IMG/VR virus record: IMGVR_UViG_3300042465_006264
Source: an uncultured virus (IMG/VR IMGVR_UViG_3300042465_006264)
Taxonomy: Duplodnaviria; Heunggongvirae; Uroviricota; Caudoviricetes
Strand: one strand, 5' to 3'
DNA length: 64,000 nt
Shown: piece by piece, positions 14,562 through 24,370 of the stretch
Layout of the letters: each line of letters opens with the position of its first letter
Position numbering within the stretch: position 1 is the stretch's first letter
Made by a program: the position numbers and the translations under genes
The notes under the pieces: generated by a model
The model's database searches: none
Seen by the model: only the letters and a program-made list of their open reading frames with translations
Told to the model about the DNA's origin: nothing

Positions 14562-15136
14562 TGGAAAACCCTGAAGAACAATTCCAGATGGATTTGTTAA
14601 ATGTATTTTTGAATACAGATTTAAATTATAGGTCATATCTTGGGCTACCAAAAGATTACATGACTTCTGAATTTAAAAAAGAAAAGTATAAAAAACTTGC
14701 AAGTGAAGATGATAATTTTCAAGAATACATTAAATTAAAATATGGGTCTTTAGAAAATTTTTATAAATTTAATCCTCAGTTAGAGGAAGAAAGAATTTAT
14801 GACCCATTGAATGATTATGATATGGAAGTAGAAATTGTAACTAAAGAAGAATATTTGAAAACTAACTTCATTTCAAGTCCAGAATTGTTTATGGAGGTCA
14901 TAGATGGTGTATCTACGATACAATATTTTAAAGTAGATGGAAACGCTGCACAGATGTTTGGAACTTTAAAAAAATCAGTAATCCCCTCTAGTCAATATGA
15001 AACCAGACAAAAGGCGTTTGGTTTTTTTGGTGGAAAAAGAATTTTATTGTGGGATGTTACAAAACAAGACTGGTCTTCAGTTTATATTCCAAATATAAAA
15101 AGATTTATTAGAGATGACACAACAGAATTGCAATAA
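14561..15136 (+). CDS. Protein with C-terminal WYL-like (DUF2693-type) domain
   Basis: IQYFKVDGNAAQMFGTL...LWDVTKQDWSSV. Confidence 0.65.
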   Translation: MENPEEQFQMDLLNVFLNTDLNYRSYLGLPKDYMTSEFKKEKYKKLASEDDNFQEYIKLKYGSLENFYKFNPQLEEERIYDPLNDYDMEVEIVTKEEYLKTNFISSPELFMEVIDGVSTIQYFKVDGNAAQMFGTLKKSVIPSSQYETRQKAFGFFGGKRILLWDVTKQDWSSVYIPNIKRFIRDDTTELQ

Positions 15137-15145
15137 ATATCATGG

Positions 15146-15319
15146 ATGGAAGAAGAAAAAGACGATGTTCCTCACATGTATGCGGTTCTCTTTAGAGAAG
15201 CCAAAATAATTATTTCTAATTATGAAGATTATTTGCGAGGAAAGATGACCTCTAAAGATCTTGCAAAAAAGATGTTAAATCTTCGTGATGCAATTCAAAG
15301 AATTGAAAACTCAAAGTGA
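15146..15319 (+). CDS. Hypothetical protein (57 aa)
   Basis: Manual translation MEEEKDDVPHMYAVLFREAK...RIENSK; fills the gap after an AATAAATA box. Confidence 0.6.
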   Translation: MEEEKDDVPHMYAVLFREAKIIISNYEDYLRGKMTSKDLAKKMLNLRDAIQRIENSK

Positions 15320-15322
15320 TTG

Positions 15323-15350
15323 TTGACTAACAATGTTTGTATGATATTCT
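15323..15350 (+). promoter_or_regulatory. Sigma70-type promoter, 16-bp spacer
   Basis: TTGACT-N16-TATTCT with extended TG; ATG at 15358. Confidence 0.65.
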
Positions 15351-15357
15351 TTTTAAA

Positions 15358-16392
15358 ATGATTTTGAACACTGAACCCAAATTGGATTATTCCGATGTGC
15401 TTATCATGCCGACCCTCTCGGATGTTAAGTCTCGCAAAGATGTAAGTCTTGAAGTGGAGACCACATTTAAATGTGGATCGAAATGGAAGGGCATTCCAAT
15501 CATGGCAGCAAACATGTCAACGGTTGGGACTCACAAGATGGCAGAGGTTCTTTCGGAATATGGAGTCGTAACATGCCTTCGAAAGGGTGGAAATTATTAT
15601 TCTGCTTTTGTGAATATGCACCCAGACAAAGAACAATATGTTTCTCTGACACTTGGATTGGATTCCGACAGCAAACTGTTCGTTGATACCTCCGAGATTC
15701 ATGACCCGACTTTCATTTGTCTTGATGTGGCAAATGGTTACATGACAGAGTTTCACAATTTTACAAGAAAGGTAAGAGAAAAATGGCCGAAGTCAATATT
15801 GATTGCAGGGAATATCGTGACCCCAACGGGGGTAGAGGCATTGTCAAATGCTGGAGTAGATTTGGTAAAGGTGGGAATAGGATCGGGGTCGATGTGTCTG
15901 ACCCGGCGAGTGGCAGGCGTGGGTTATCCACAACTATCGGCGGTTATAGAGTGTGTAGCAACAGCCGAAGCATGCGGTATTGGGATCGTTGCTGATGGTG
16001 GAATAACCTATCCCGGTGACTTTGCAAAAGCATATGTTGCTGGTGCTGCATTTGTTATGGCGGGTGGAATGTTAACGGGCCATGATGAGTGTGGTGGAGA
16101 AATTAGACACAAAGAGCACGGAGAGCTTACAATGTTGCATTATGGAATGAGCAGCAGAACTGCAAATGAAAAATACAACGGTGGACTTTCAGATTATCGT
16201 GCTTCAGAGGGACGTACTGTGGAGGTGCCTTACCGTGGATCTGTACGAAATACGATACAAGAAATTTTTGGTGGTATTAGGTCAGCTTGCTCTTATGTTG
16301 GCGCTTTTAATTTGCCTGACCTTTATTCGCGTGGTATGTTGATACAAGTTAATCGAACAATCAACAATATTTTTGAAAACAACGAAATATGA
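15358..16392 (+). CDS. guaC: GMP reductase
   Basis: LDYSDVLI.P, PIMAANM, CLDVANGY, KVGIGSGSMCLTR, GVGYPQLSA and YRASEGRTV motifs. Confidence 0.93.
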   Translation: MILNTEPKLDYSDVLIMPTLSDVKSRKDVSLEVETTFKCGSKWKGIPIMAANMSTVGTHKMAEVLSEYGVVTCLRKGGNYYSAFVNMHPDKEQYVSLTLGLDSDSKLFVDTSEIHDPTFICLDVANGYMTEFHNFTRKVREKWPKSILIAGNIVTPTGVEALSNAGVDLVKVGIGSGSMCLTRRVAGVGYPQLSAVIECVATAEACGIGIVADGGITYPGDFAKAYVAGAAFVMAGGMLTGHDECGGEIRHKEHGELTMLHYGMSSRTANEKYNGGLSDYRASEGRTVEVPYRGSVRNTIQEIFGGIRSACSYVGAFNLPDLYSRGMLIQVNRTINNIFENNEI

Positions 16393-16955
16393 ATATTTTT
16401 GTTTTGGATAATGATGCTGCTACCGCTGCTCGCATGATGTGTGACAAGCATGTGGTTAAAATGATTCTTGAATCTTGTCAGTTGCTCTCAACTGCTCACC
16501 ATGTTCTTGACGGTGATGCAGTTATGACCAAAGGTAAGAAGAGAGAATATAAGACTTATAGCAATGGCAACACAAACATCTGCCGTTGCACTATGATCAA
16601 CCATCCTTGCACGATTTGGACTCGGGCTAGTCGTAAAAATTATCTTTGGCTGTGGAAGCATGCTCATGCTTTGTGCAAAGAATACACTAGGCGTTATGGC
16701 AAAGTCCATGTAATGGAAAAGATGTTGATGGATGGACTATATAATCCACCAAAAAATATTACTAAAACCTCTGCTATAACTCCATTTGCACAAGCCATGC
16801 CCGATGAATACAAAGATGGTGATGCAGTTGTTGCTTATAGAAAGTATTATCTGGGCGAGAAGACTAGATTCGCTAAATGGCAGTATAGTGAAGAACCAGA
16901 ATGGTTCACTGCTAAAGATCCATACAATATGCTATATGAACCAGTTCCTTTTTAA
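16389..16955 (+). CDS. Pyrimidine-dimer DNA glycosylase / endonuclease V-like family protein
   Basis: MNIFVLD...CDKHVVKMILESCQLLSTAH, NHPCTIW, EYTRRYGKVH and AYRKYY motifs. Confidence 0.8.
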   Translation: MNIFVLDNDAATAARMMCDKHVVKMILESCQLLSTAHHVLDGDAVMTKGKKREYKTYSNGNTNICRCTMINHPCTIWTRASRKNYLWLWKHAHALCKEYTRRYGKVHVMEKMLMDGLYNPPKNITKTSAITPFAQAMPDEYKDGDAVVAYRKYYLGEKTRFAKWQYSEEPEWFTAKDPYNMLYEPVPF

Positions 16956-17740
16956 TTTGGAACTTTAATTTTTTGACCGGGCTTTATCTTATTTGGATCT
17001 AAGCCAGGATTTAATTGTTTAATTTTTTCAACACCAGATGCTCCACCGCCTATTTTCCAAACGGTATCACCGGGTTTTACTTCATATTCTTTTTCAGTTG
17101 ATGTTTGTGTGGTTTCAGGTTCTTCAACTGGTTTAGTTTCTTCTGGTGCTTTTCTAAGTTGACCTTCTCTACGCATTGCATCGGCAAGATTTCTCATCCT
17201 ACCAGCGATTCCAGTTTTTTCTTGTACTGATTTTCTATAATCTTCGGCATTTAAAAACTCTGTTGCAGCACCTTCAAAGTCACCTGCTCTTAAAAGTTTC
17301 ATCGCAGTTGGTGATTTGCCAACCATCCCTCTAAAATACTCTGAAGTAAGTTCAGCTTGTAGTTCTGGTGAATAAGTTTCAAATTCCGGGGCAATTTGTT
17401 TTACTTTTGGTAAACGAACTTTAACATCTCTTTCAAATAATCTTTCAACTTGTTCTGGTGTCATTTTTGTTTGACCAGATAAAATTTGTTTAGCAAAATC
17501 TGGATTTCTCTTTTGCTCTTCTGGAAATACTTCAGAAAATATTGATTCAGATTTTGGTGTAATTAAATGACCATGACCAATTGTAAGAAGTCCTTTGCTA
17601 TCTTTATATGGACTTTGAATTTTTTCTGAAACTTTTCCAGAAGATTCATACCCTCGGATAACAGTGCAAATGTTGTTGACATCACACTTAATTGTTTCTT
17701 GCTGTTCGATTAAAAATGTTTTAAAAGATTTTAGAGGCAT
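16952..17740 (-). CDS. Phage-lysozyme-like muramidase with C-terminal LysM domain
   Basis: YE...PYKDSKGLLTIGHGH catalytic motif; LysM YEVKPGDTVWKI...LNPGLDPNKIKPGQKIKVP. Confidence 0.85.
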   Translation of the reverse strand: MPLKSFKTFLIEQQETIKCDVNNICTVIRGYESSGKVSEKIQSPYKDSKGLLTIGHGHLITPKSESIFSEVFPEEQKRNPDFAKQILSGQTKMTPEQVERLFERDVKVRLPKVKQIAPEFETYSPELQAELTSEYFRGMVGKSPTAMKLLRAGDFEGAATEFLNAEDYRKSVQEKTGIAGRMRNLADAMRREGQLRKAPEETKPVEEPETTQTSTEKEYEVKPGDTVWKIGGGASGVEKIKQLNPGLDPNKIKPGQKIKVPN

Positions 17741-17745
17741 ATTAT

Positions 17746-17773
17746 TTGTATATCCTAAAAGAAGGGTTATAAT
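17746..17773 (+). promoter_or_regulatory. Sigma70-type promoter, 16-bp spacer
   Basis: TTGTAT-N16-TATAAT. Confidence 0.6.
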
Positions 17774-17795
17774 CACAGAACATAAAGGATTCAAC

Positions 17796-18104
17796 ATGAA
17801 CGTAAAAGTATTTAGACTAAACTCAGGCGAAGAAATTTTAGCAAGATTTGAAGAAAAAGAAACCACTTGGCTTCTAAAGGATCCAGCAATTCTGGTTCCA
17901 GTTGGTCAAGGTCAAATTGGTTTGATGCCTTGGATGATGTATACTAAGGCTTCGAAGGGTGTTGAAATTTCTAAGTCTTTTATTGCTTTTACTATTGAAC
18001 CTCTTGATGAACTCAAGTCGCAGTATGATGCGAGTTTGAATAAGGGACTCGTCACTTCAACCAAGGCTGTGAGCAATAAGCCGGGATTGAAGTTGACGAC
18101 GTAA
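17796..18104 (+). CDS. Conserved T4-like Sm-fold hypothetical protein
   Basis: MNVKVFRLNSGEEILA...GLMPW; RBS AAAGGA. Confidence 0.75.
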   Translation: MNVKVFRLNSGEEILARFEEKETTWLLKDPAILVPVGQGQIGLMPWMMYTKASKGVEISKSFIAFTIEPLDELKSQYDASLNKGLVTSTKAVSNKPGLKLTT

Positions 18105-18107
18105 TGA

Positions 18108-18482
18108 ATGAATATAGAAACTGTTATTGAAAATTACATGCCTATTGCCAAGCCTCTGTCTATGGCAATGGAGCGACAGAAGAAGCATATCTCTCTCATA
18201 ATTCATAAGCGAAAAGTCATCTCGGTGGGTCAAAATGTTTTTAAGACCCACCCAGATGCTGTTCGTTTGGGTTATAAGTTTGCTGAAATGCATGCAGAAC
18301 TTGATGCATATCGAAAGATTCCCAAATCTCTTCGGGGTGAAAAACTCATATTGTTGAATTTTAGATTCAATAGATTTGGTAGTTTTAGAAATTCAAAGCC
18401 TTGCTGTGTATGTGAAAAATGGTGTAGTGAAATTTTTCACAAAATTTATTATACCACGGATGATGGAATAATTCGACTCTAA
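18108..18482 (+). CDS. Zn-dependent cytidine-deaminase-fold protein
   Basis: HAE...SKPCCVC motif (HxE-PCxxC); C-terminal KIYYT. Confidence 0.75.
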   Translation: MNIETVIENYMPIAKPLSMAMERQKKHISLIIHKRKVISVGQNVFKTHPDAVRLGYKFAEMHAELDAYRKIPKSLRGEKLILLNFRFNRFGSFRNSKPCCVCEKWCSEIFHKIYYTTDDGIIRL

Positions 18483-18509
18483 ATAATCTAGTAATTACTA
18501 GGTTATTTT

Positions 18510-21500
18510 ATGTCAAAGAAAAAATGTTGCTGTGGTGATAGATTAATATTAGATGAATGGTGCAACCATGAGCATTATGGAATTGATTTTTGGGCTTTAG
18601 CAAACCAACCTGGAATTCCCAATAATCCAAGTTATGGAGTTGGGGATGCGCCATGCAAACAACCTAATTGGAAATCTACTGGAACTCTAACAACAGAGTT
18701 GCCTAGCATAGGACATCCAATGACTGGATATCTGCCATGTAATGGAGATGAACCATTTCCAAATCCCGAATCAGGTAGGTATGAAGAAATCCCACCAACA
18801 AACCCAATACCTATTTTAAGAAATTCTTTTAGAACTCCCTCTACTGGTTTATTAAATAATCAATTTTTATGGGGTCCTGCTGGATATTATGGTGATCTTT
18901 CTTCATGTTGGTTTAATGGAATTAACATGACGAATATAGAAAATGAAGACGAATCATTTTTTAATATTACTTTCAAATTAAAAATAGAAAAATTAGTTGG
19001 TTCTCAATTTCAAGAAATAATTGATACACAAGTTTCTGGACCAGCACGAAATTTGAGACCACATCCCGATGCTGTTAGATCTTATAATGTTGCAACTGAT
19101 CATGCAAACTATAGTTTAGCATCACAATGCGATGTATTTTTTGATGATTTTGAAGGGGGGGAACCAGAACCATGTTATCAAGATTTTGCAAGAATGCCAA
19201 GAGGACCTTGGCCTTACAGATTTAAAAGAAAATTATCAATAGATTTTGATAATACAAATTGTTTTTCAAGAGATCAAGATGGTAACATTGATCAGCCTTA
19301 TACAATTGAACAAGCATTGGCGTTAGGATTAACAGAATGTGTAGTGGAAGGAGTCTGTAATCAATTAGATCCCGATGACCGAGCCAATTGTTGCCAAGCA
19401 TCATACATGCCACGAAATCAATATTGCACACAATTAGATCCAGAAAAAGGAACTCCTTTTGGGTGGGAAGATTGTCCATATCAATGTCAAATTTATTCTA
19501 ATAATTCTGTAATAGGAAACACAGGAGCCCTAAGATTTTTTGGTTGGTTGGAACCAGCAAATAGATACACAACACCAGAATGGGATGTGTATTATGATGG
19601 TGATAATAGTAGAAAAATAAGTTTAAATGTTTTAGTGCCAACTCAATTTAAAGAATCCACGGCATTTTGTTCACCTGATATTGCCGAGGGTAGATCATTT
19701 GGCGAATGGTCTTTTGGAATGGATTGTGAAGCGACAGAGGGTGAAATATCGGCTTTGGAATCAGCTGGCTTTCCTTGGTCAGATGGCCGAGAAAAAGATG
19801 GTATCTGGTTACACAAAACACCAACAAACGCTTTAAGACTTTTATTTACATTGGATCATGCAGATATAGATCAAGGAAAAGTATGGCGAGTATTTAAGGA
19901 TTGGAATGTAAAAGTAACAAATTATGTTAAAACATTTAATGCTGGAACAGACCAAGAAGTTAAATTTAGAATAAACATAGAACAAAAATTAGAAGAAACA
20001 TTTCTTTCTAGCCTTGGTTGTGATTGTCCTTCTGGATATAAAATATCAGACGATGGTACTTCTTTAGAAAGAATAACACCAGCAGGATGTAATGACCAAC
20101 TTCCTGGTTTAGAAACATTTGGAAATCTTAATGATTGCAGTGATGGTTTTAAAACAGGACCAGACTTTCATTGTATGAATTCTTTGAATGGAACAAAAAT
20201 ATCTTTTTGTGAAAGAGGACCACTTGTTCTAAAGGTAGATTTTGAAGCCTCTAATTTTGGATGTATAAATTGTGAGAATCCCAATACACCTAATCCCACT
20301 TGCCAAGAAAGTCCCAGTGGTACTACTGAGGTACAAGGATATGAAGAAAGTCAAAAGGGATTGAAGATGATTGTAAATTCTGGTCCCAATTCGGCAAATT
20401 ATTTACCAATAGAAACAAATCACAGACCATTAGAATTTAGTGGTATATATTTTGGTCAACAAGGTGGTTGGACAGAATTTGATGGAGTCAGTCCCTGTGG
20501 TGCTCGTTCTCTTGGTGGTCTAGAACCAAATTGGGCATTTCCTGCAATCGGTGATAACAGAAAAGCACAAAATATACCAAGTTCCACTTATAATTTATAT
20601 TATGAACATGGATCTAGGTATCTAGGTGCATTGGCTGACATACCATTCCCAGCTGGACACCATGGTAGTCCAGTTTCTGGAAAAAGATATAGAAATAATT
20701 ACAGCGCAGTACAAGGTGTTGACGAATTAGATGTAGAAGATTATTATTATGGTTGGGCTCCCTTTGGTTTTTATCCACATCTTTATGGTGATTCTGTTTG
20801 TCGCTGGACTTCACAAAATTGCCAACAACCAGATTATCCAAATCCTCAATCGTATGCTGTTCCTTCTTTTGCATCATTTAATGTAAAACAATGGCCAGAA
20901 AGCGCGCCAAAGTATAATTGTGAACTTAGATGTGATGAGTGTATTTTACCACCCAGAGGATGTCAGGATTGTAGTGGACCACCAAACGGTGGAGGAAATC
21001 TATGTGTATGCCGATCATGTTGCGATTGCAATGATATATCTCCAGATCAATGTCCTGAACAAGTATCAATAGGATTTAATGGACTGCCATGTGATCCTCC
21101 GTGTCCAACACAACCAGGAACAAATCTAGTAAATTGTTGTAATGACAAACCGCCAAATTGTTGCGCATGTCCCTGTGATTTATTAGATCCTCTTTGTCAA
21201 TACCCTTCAGCAGACGCAGCCCAAATTGGTCCTTATTTAAATCCAAAATGGGAGTGTGGAGAAAACATTGGAAGATTTGATGGTAGGGGACCAAGTGATC
21301 CTTATTGGACTTGTTATCCAAAATGGCCGGATGGTGAAATACTTCCAACAGGTTTCGGAGAAGGACCCGCTGGTGGACAAGATCCTGAATATTTCTTTGG
21401 TATGGATTCAGAAAGATTTTATTTTAAACCTCTTGGTTCTAGTAATACTCAAGCAGGTAACGGTGATACTAATTGTTGGGATGCTGTTAGTTGTAACAAT

Positions 21501-22013
21501 AAAACTTCAGATTGCACTTGGAATTATTGTCCATGTGAAAATTGCTCTAGTGTTTCACCTGAGTTTACTTTCTGTGTAGACAGGGGATACCCATTCAGTT
21601 ATGGACCAAATGCAAATTTGTTTGTAAATTGGAGAAAATACTTATGTCAAAAGCGATTAAAAGAAAGTAATTGGAAACCTGAATTAAATGAAATTGAAAA
21701 TATGAGAATAAGATGCAGTACAGACAGCGGTGACTGTAATAATTCTACACCAAATCCTTCAGAATCTGACGCATGTGATCATATTTGGAAATTTGAATAT
21801 GTTTTCAATTCAGATAATACATCATTCAAACAATTTGGTTGTGGATCACAAACACAAAAATCAATAGATATAAAATTTTCAAAGTATGAAATGCCCACAT
21901 CTGGAAAATTTAATCAAGCTTGGAGACCATTTGAGACAAAATATCAACCTAATCCTGGACGGAATCTAGACAGAAGACATATTGTTATAACTGCAAGAGG
22001 AATAGATGGATGA
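18510..22013 (+). CDS. Large Cys-rich hypothetical protein (1167 aa)
   Basis: Starts MSKKKCCC; dense Cys/Pro/Gly clusters; CTAAATA box upstream. Confidence 0.85.
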   Translation: MSKKKCCCGDRLILDEWCNHEHYGIDFWALANQPGIPNNPSYGVGDAPCKQPNWKSTGTLTTELPSIGHPMTGYLPCNGDEPFPNPESGRYEEIPPTNPIPILRNSFRTPSTGLLNNQFLWGPAGYYGDLSSCWFNGINMTNIENEDESFFNITFKLKIEKLVGSQFQEIIDTQVSGPARNLRPHPDAVRSYNVATDHANYSLASQCDVFFDDFEGGEPEPCYQDFARMPRGPWPYRFKRKLSIDFDNTNCFSRDQDGNIDQPYTIEQALALGLTECVVEGVCNQLDPDDRANCCQASYMPRNQYCTQLDPEKGTPFGWEDCPYQCQIYSNNSVIGNTGALRFFGWLEPANRYTTPEWDVYYDGDNSRKISLNVLVPTQFKESTAFCSPDIAEGRSFGEWSFGMDCEATEGEISALESAGFPWSDGREKDGIWLHKTPTNALRLLFTLDHADIDQGKVWRVFKDWNVKVTNYVKTFNAGTDQEVKFRINIEQKLEETFLSSLGCDCPSGYKISDDGTSLERITPAGCNDQLPGLETFGNLNDCSDGFKTGPDFHCMNSLNGTKISFCERGPLVLKVDFEASNFGCINCENPNTPNPTCQESPSGTTEVQGYEESQKGLKMIVNSGPNSANYLPIETNHRPLEFSGIYFGQQGGWTEFDGVSPCGARSLGGLEPNWAFPAIGDNRKAQNIPSSTYNLYYEHGSRYLGALADIPFPAGHHGSPVSGKRYRNNYSAVQGVDELDVEDYYYGWAPFGFYPHLYGDSVCRWTSQNCQQPDYPNPQSYAVPSFASFNVKQWPESAPKYNCELRCDECILPPRGCQDCSGPPNGGGNLCVCRSCCDCNDISPDQCPEQVSIGFNGLPCDPPCPTQPGTNLVNCCNDKPPNCCACPCDLLDPLCQYPSADAAQIGPYLNPKWECGENIGRFDGRGPSDPYWTCYPKWPDGEILPTGFGEGPAGGQDPEYFFGMDSERFYFKPLGSSNTQAGNGDTNCWDAVSCNNKTSDCTWNYCPCENCSSVSPEFTFCVDRGYPFSYGPNANLFVNWRKYLCQKRLKESNWKPELNEIENMRIRCSTDSGDCNNSTPNPSESDACDHIWKFEYVFNSDNTSFKQFGCGSQTQKSIDIKFSKYEMPTSGKFNQAWRPFETKYQPNPGRNLDRRHIVITARGIDG

Positions 22014-22669
22014 AAACAATAACTTTACAGCAATATCATGTATGTGAGCGTGACAAATCAATTTTTTATAAAAAAATAAATTGCAAACATTGGACTGTTA
22101 CAGAAGATAGTTGTTCTCGTTTTTGTAATTTAAAAAAAATACAATGTACGGATTCTATTTGCTATAAGTGTGAAGAAAGAGAACCAATAAACAATGTTAT
22201 TCCTCAAGAAAATAAAAGAACAAACCCAATTGTTCAAGAAATGAGAAATAGATTTCCTCAGCACAATGTCTATAAGCCTGCACCTATGCCAGCAGAGGAA
22301 AATGAAAAAGAAAAATCTTTTGCAGACAAAGCAAAAACATATGCAAAAGCAGAAACATCACAAATGGTTCAAGGTAAAGTAAGCAAAAAGGTTTTTGAAA
22401 AAAGAAAAGCCATTTGCATGGCTTGCGAATATAGAGTAGAAACAGCAAAAAATAATAAAGATGAAATCGGTTGGTGTAAAGGTGGTTGTGGTTGCACTGT
22501 AGGAAATCCAAGAGCAGCACTTTCACAAAAACTTTACATGCCTACTCTTTCTTGTCCTAAAGGTAGATTTGGTCCAGAAAAAGGAGAGGGGTTTAATATA
22601 TCAGACGTTGTAGATTCAGTTAAGGGAGTTATAACTTCTGTAAAGAATCTTTTTGAGAAAGATAAATAA
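22010..22669 (+). CDS. Cys-rich hypothetical protein
   Basis: RKAICMACE, CKGGCGC and SCPKGRF motifs; ATGA overlap with the upstream gene. Confidence 0.8.
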   Translation: MKTITLQQYHVCERDKSIFYKKINCKHWTVTEDSCSRFCNLKKIQCTDSICYKCEEREPINNVIPQENKRTNPIVQEMRNRFPQHNVYKPAPMPAEENEKEKSFADKAKTYAKAETSQMVQGKVSKKVFEKRKAICMACEYRVETAKNNKDEIGWCKGGCGCTVGNPRAALSQKLYMPTLSCPKGRFGPEKGEGFNISDVVDSVKGVITSVKNLFEKDK

Positions 22670-22673
22670 TTTT

Positions 22674-23036
22674 ATGAACTGCATACAAAAAATATTAAAC
22701 TTTCAGAATGAAATTAGGTTACATCATTGGGGGACACAATCATATGCTGCTCACGTAGCATTGGGTGGTCTTTATGAGGGATTAGATCCTCTTTTAGATT
22801 CATTTACAGAAACGTATATGGGTGTAAAGGGTAGATCTGAATTAAAAGGTATTGAAAATTTACAATTAAACGGAAGTTTTAAGATTAATGTAAATACTGT
22901 AATTGAATCGTTTGAAGATTATTTACAAAAGGAAATTGAAAAAGAAATTGGATCTGATGAAACAGCGTTGTTAAATATTAGAGATGAGATGCTGGCCCTC
23001 GTTCAGAAGACCAAGTATCTCCTCACACTGTCGTAA
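22674..23036 (+). CDS. Ferritin/Dps-like four-helix protein
   Basis: HHWGTQSYAAHVALGGLYE...DSFTE...LLNIRDEM...KYLLTL. Confidence 0.75.
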   Translation: MNCIQKILNFQNEIRLHHWGTQSYAAHVALGGLYEGLDPLLDSFTETYMGVKGRSELKGIENLQLNGSFKINVNTVIESFEDYLQKEIEKEIGSDETALLNIRDEMLALVQKTKYLLTLS

Positions 23037-23046
23037 GGAGACGATT

Positions 23047-23412
23047 ATGAAAATCCCTGAGCTAGTTTACGAAATAAGGAACTTGGCTCGCAAAGAAGAA
23101 GATCCTGTCAAAAAGGATCTTTTTTATCAATGCGCCAAGTCATTAGAGATTTTGGGAAATGTCGCAAAGATTGCTGATCTTGCTGTTGCAGAACATAATG
23201 CAGCAGAATCACCAGCAGTTAATACTGATGATGAAATAAAATGGAATATTGATGATGTTACATTAAAGATGCTTGAAGAGCATCTTGATGCACTCGTACA
23301 TTATCAATTTTTATGTGAAGAAGATCGTTGGCCTTACGGAGATCAACCATTCACAAAATTTGTTTCAAAGTATTTGAAATCTCAAATTGTGAATGACTCC
23401 AACATAGAGTAA
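23047..23412 (+). CDS. Hypothetical protein
   Basis: RBS TAAGGAG; start MKIPELVY. Confidence 0.75.
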   Translation: MKIPELVYEIRNLARKEEDPVKKDLFYQCAKSLEILGNVAKIADLAVAEHNAAESPAVNTDDEIKWNIDDVTLKMLEEHLDALVHYQFLCEEDRWPYGDQPFTKFVSKYLKSQIVNDSNIE

Positions 23413-23981
23413 ATCTTTGGTGGTATTGATCTGTGACTGAGGACTGCCATAGAAGATGGCATAATTTTTAGCACAACTGAACTTCTATATGGGCTCTTTT
23501 TGAAAGAATAAAACTTTCTTTTCTTTTCCATTAGGAAGTGGCTGTAGATATAGCAGTGTGCTCTTTTGGCATATAGTTTTACATCTATTTCAAGTTTAAA
23601 TTGTTTAATTACTTTGATTGCTCTTTTTTCACAGTCTCTTTCCATAGCACGAATAATGAAAAACGATCTACGTAATTTTTCTTTATCAAAATTTGTACCA
23701 TTAAACCAAGCATCAACCATTAAAATTGCTTTATCTGATTTGTTGTAAATTTTAGAATTACCGATATATTGTAAAAAATGAGAATATTCATGGACCAAAG
23801 TTTCGATAAAATTTGTTCCATGTCTTGCAATTTTAATTACTTTTTCTTTGTCTGAAAAATAACCTTCACAACGATAGCCACCACAATTTAACAATTTTCC
23901 GCGCCCTATTACAAGACGCATACCATACTGTGCCATATGATTTTTCACATGCCTGACAAACTGATGGTTCCTAGTGTTCAT
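23382..23981 (-). CDS. Putative zincin-type metallopeptidase
   Basis: TLVHEYSHFLQ with a downstream ERDCE motif. Confidence 0.65.
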   Translation of the reverse strand: MNTRNHQFVRHVKNHMAQYGMRLVIGRGKLLNCGGYRCEGYFSDKEKVIKIARHGTNFIETLVHEYSHFLQYIGNSKIYNKSDKAILMVDAWFNGTNFDKEKLRRSFFIIRAMERDCEKRAIKVIKQFKLEIDVKLYAKRAHCYIYSHFLMEKKRKFYSFKKSPYRSSVVLKIMPSSMAVLSHRSIPPKIYSMLESFTI

Positions 23982-24017
23982 AGGGAAATCCTCAGTCAGA
24001 ATTATTTATCATATTGC

Positions 24018-24045
24018 TTGACAGTCAAGAATTACATGCTATTAT
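24018..24045 (+). promoter_or_regulatory. Sigma70-type promoter, 16-bp spacer
   Basis: TTGACA-N16-TATTAT with extended TG. Confidence 0.7.
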
Positions 24046-24073
24046 ACTAAAACTTCTTAAGAAAGGAAATGTT

Positions 24074-24310
24074 ATGGAAATTACTACAGTTGATCGTCCT
24101 ACAAAGATTCAGAGAGTGTTCGATTTTATGCGTTCAGGTTCGCCACTGACTGCGGGAGAGGCCCGTAAGCGCTTCCGCGTTCAGAACATGCGCGCCACGA
24201 TGCACGACCTCCGAGAGGCGTTTGATCGCTTCGACATGAACTACAACGTAGTTCGTAGTTCACGTAATGGACGAAGTTACTACAGGCTTGTGAAGAACAG
24301 AACTCGCTAA
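24074..24310 (+). CDS. Small winged-helix DNA-binding protein
   Basis: TKIQRVFDFMRSGSPLTAGEARKRFRVQNMRATMHDLR...YYRL; RBS AAAGGA. Confidence 0.7.
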   Translation: MEITTVDRPTKIQRVFDFMRSGSPLTAGEARKRFRVQNMRATMHDLREAFDRFDMNYNVVRSSRNGRSYYRLVKNRTR

Positions 24311-24370
24311 GTTCTGTCAGTTTTTGTTTAGGGTCATGATCACTGCCTATGAAAATAGGCAGTGATTTTT

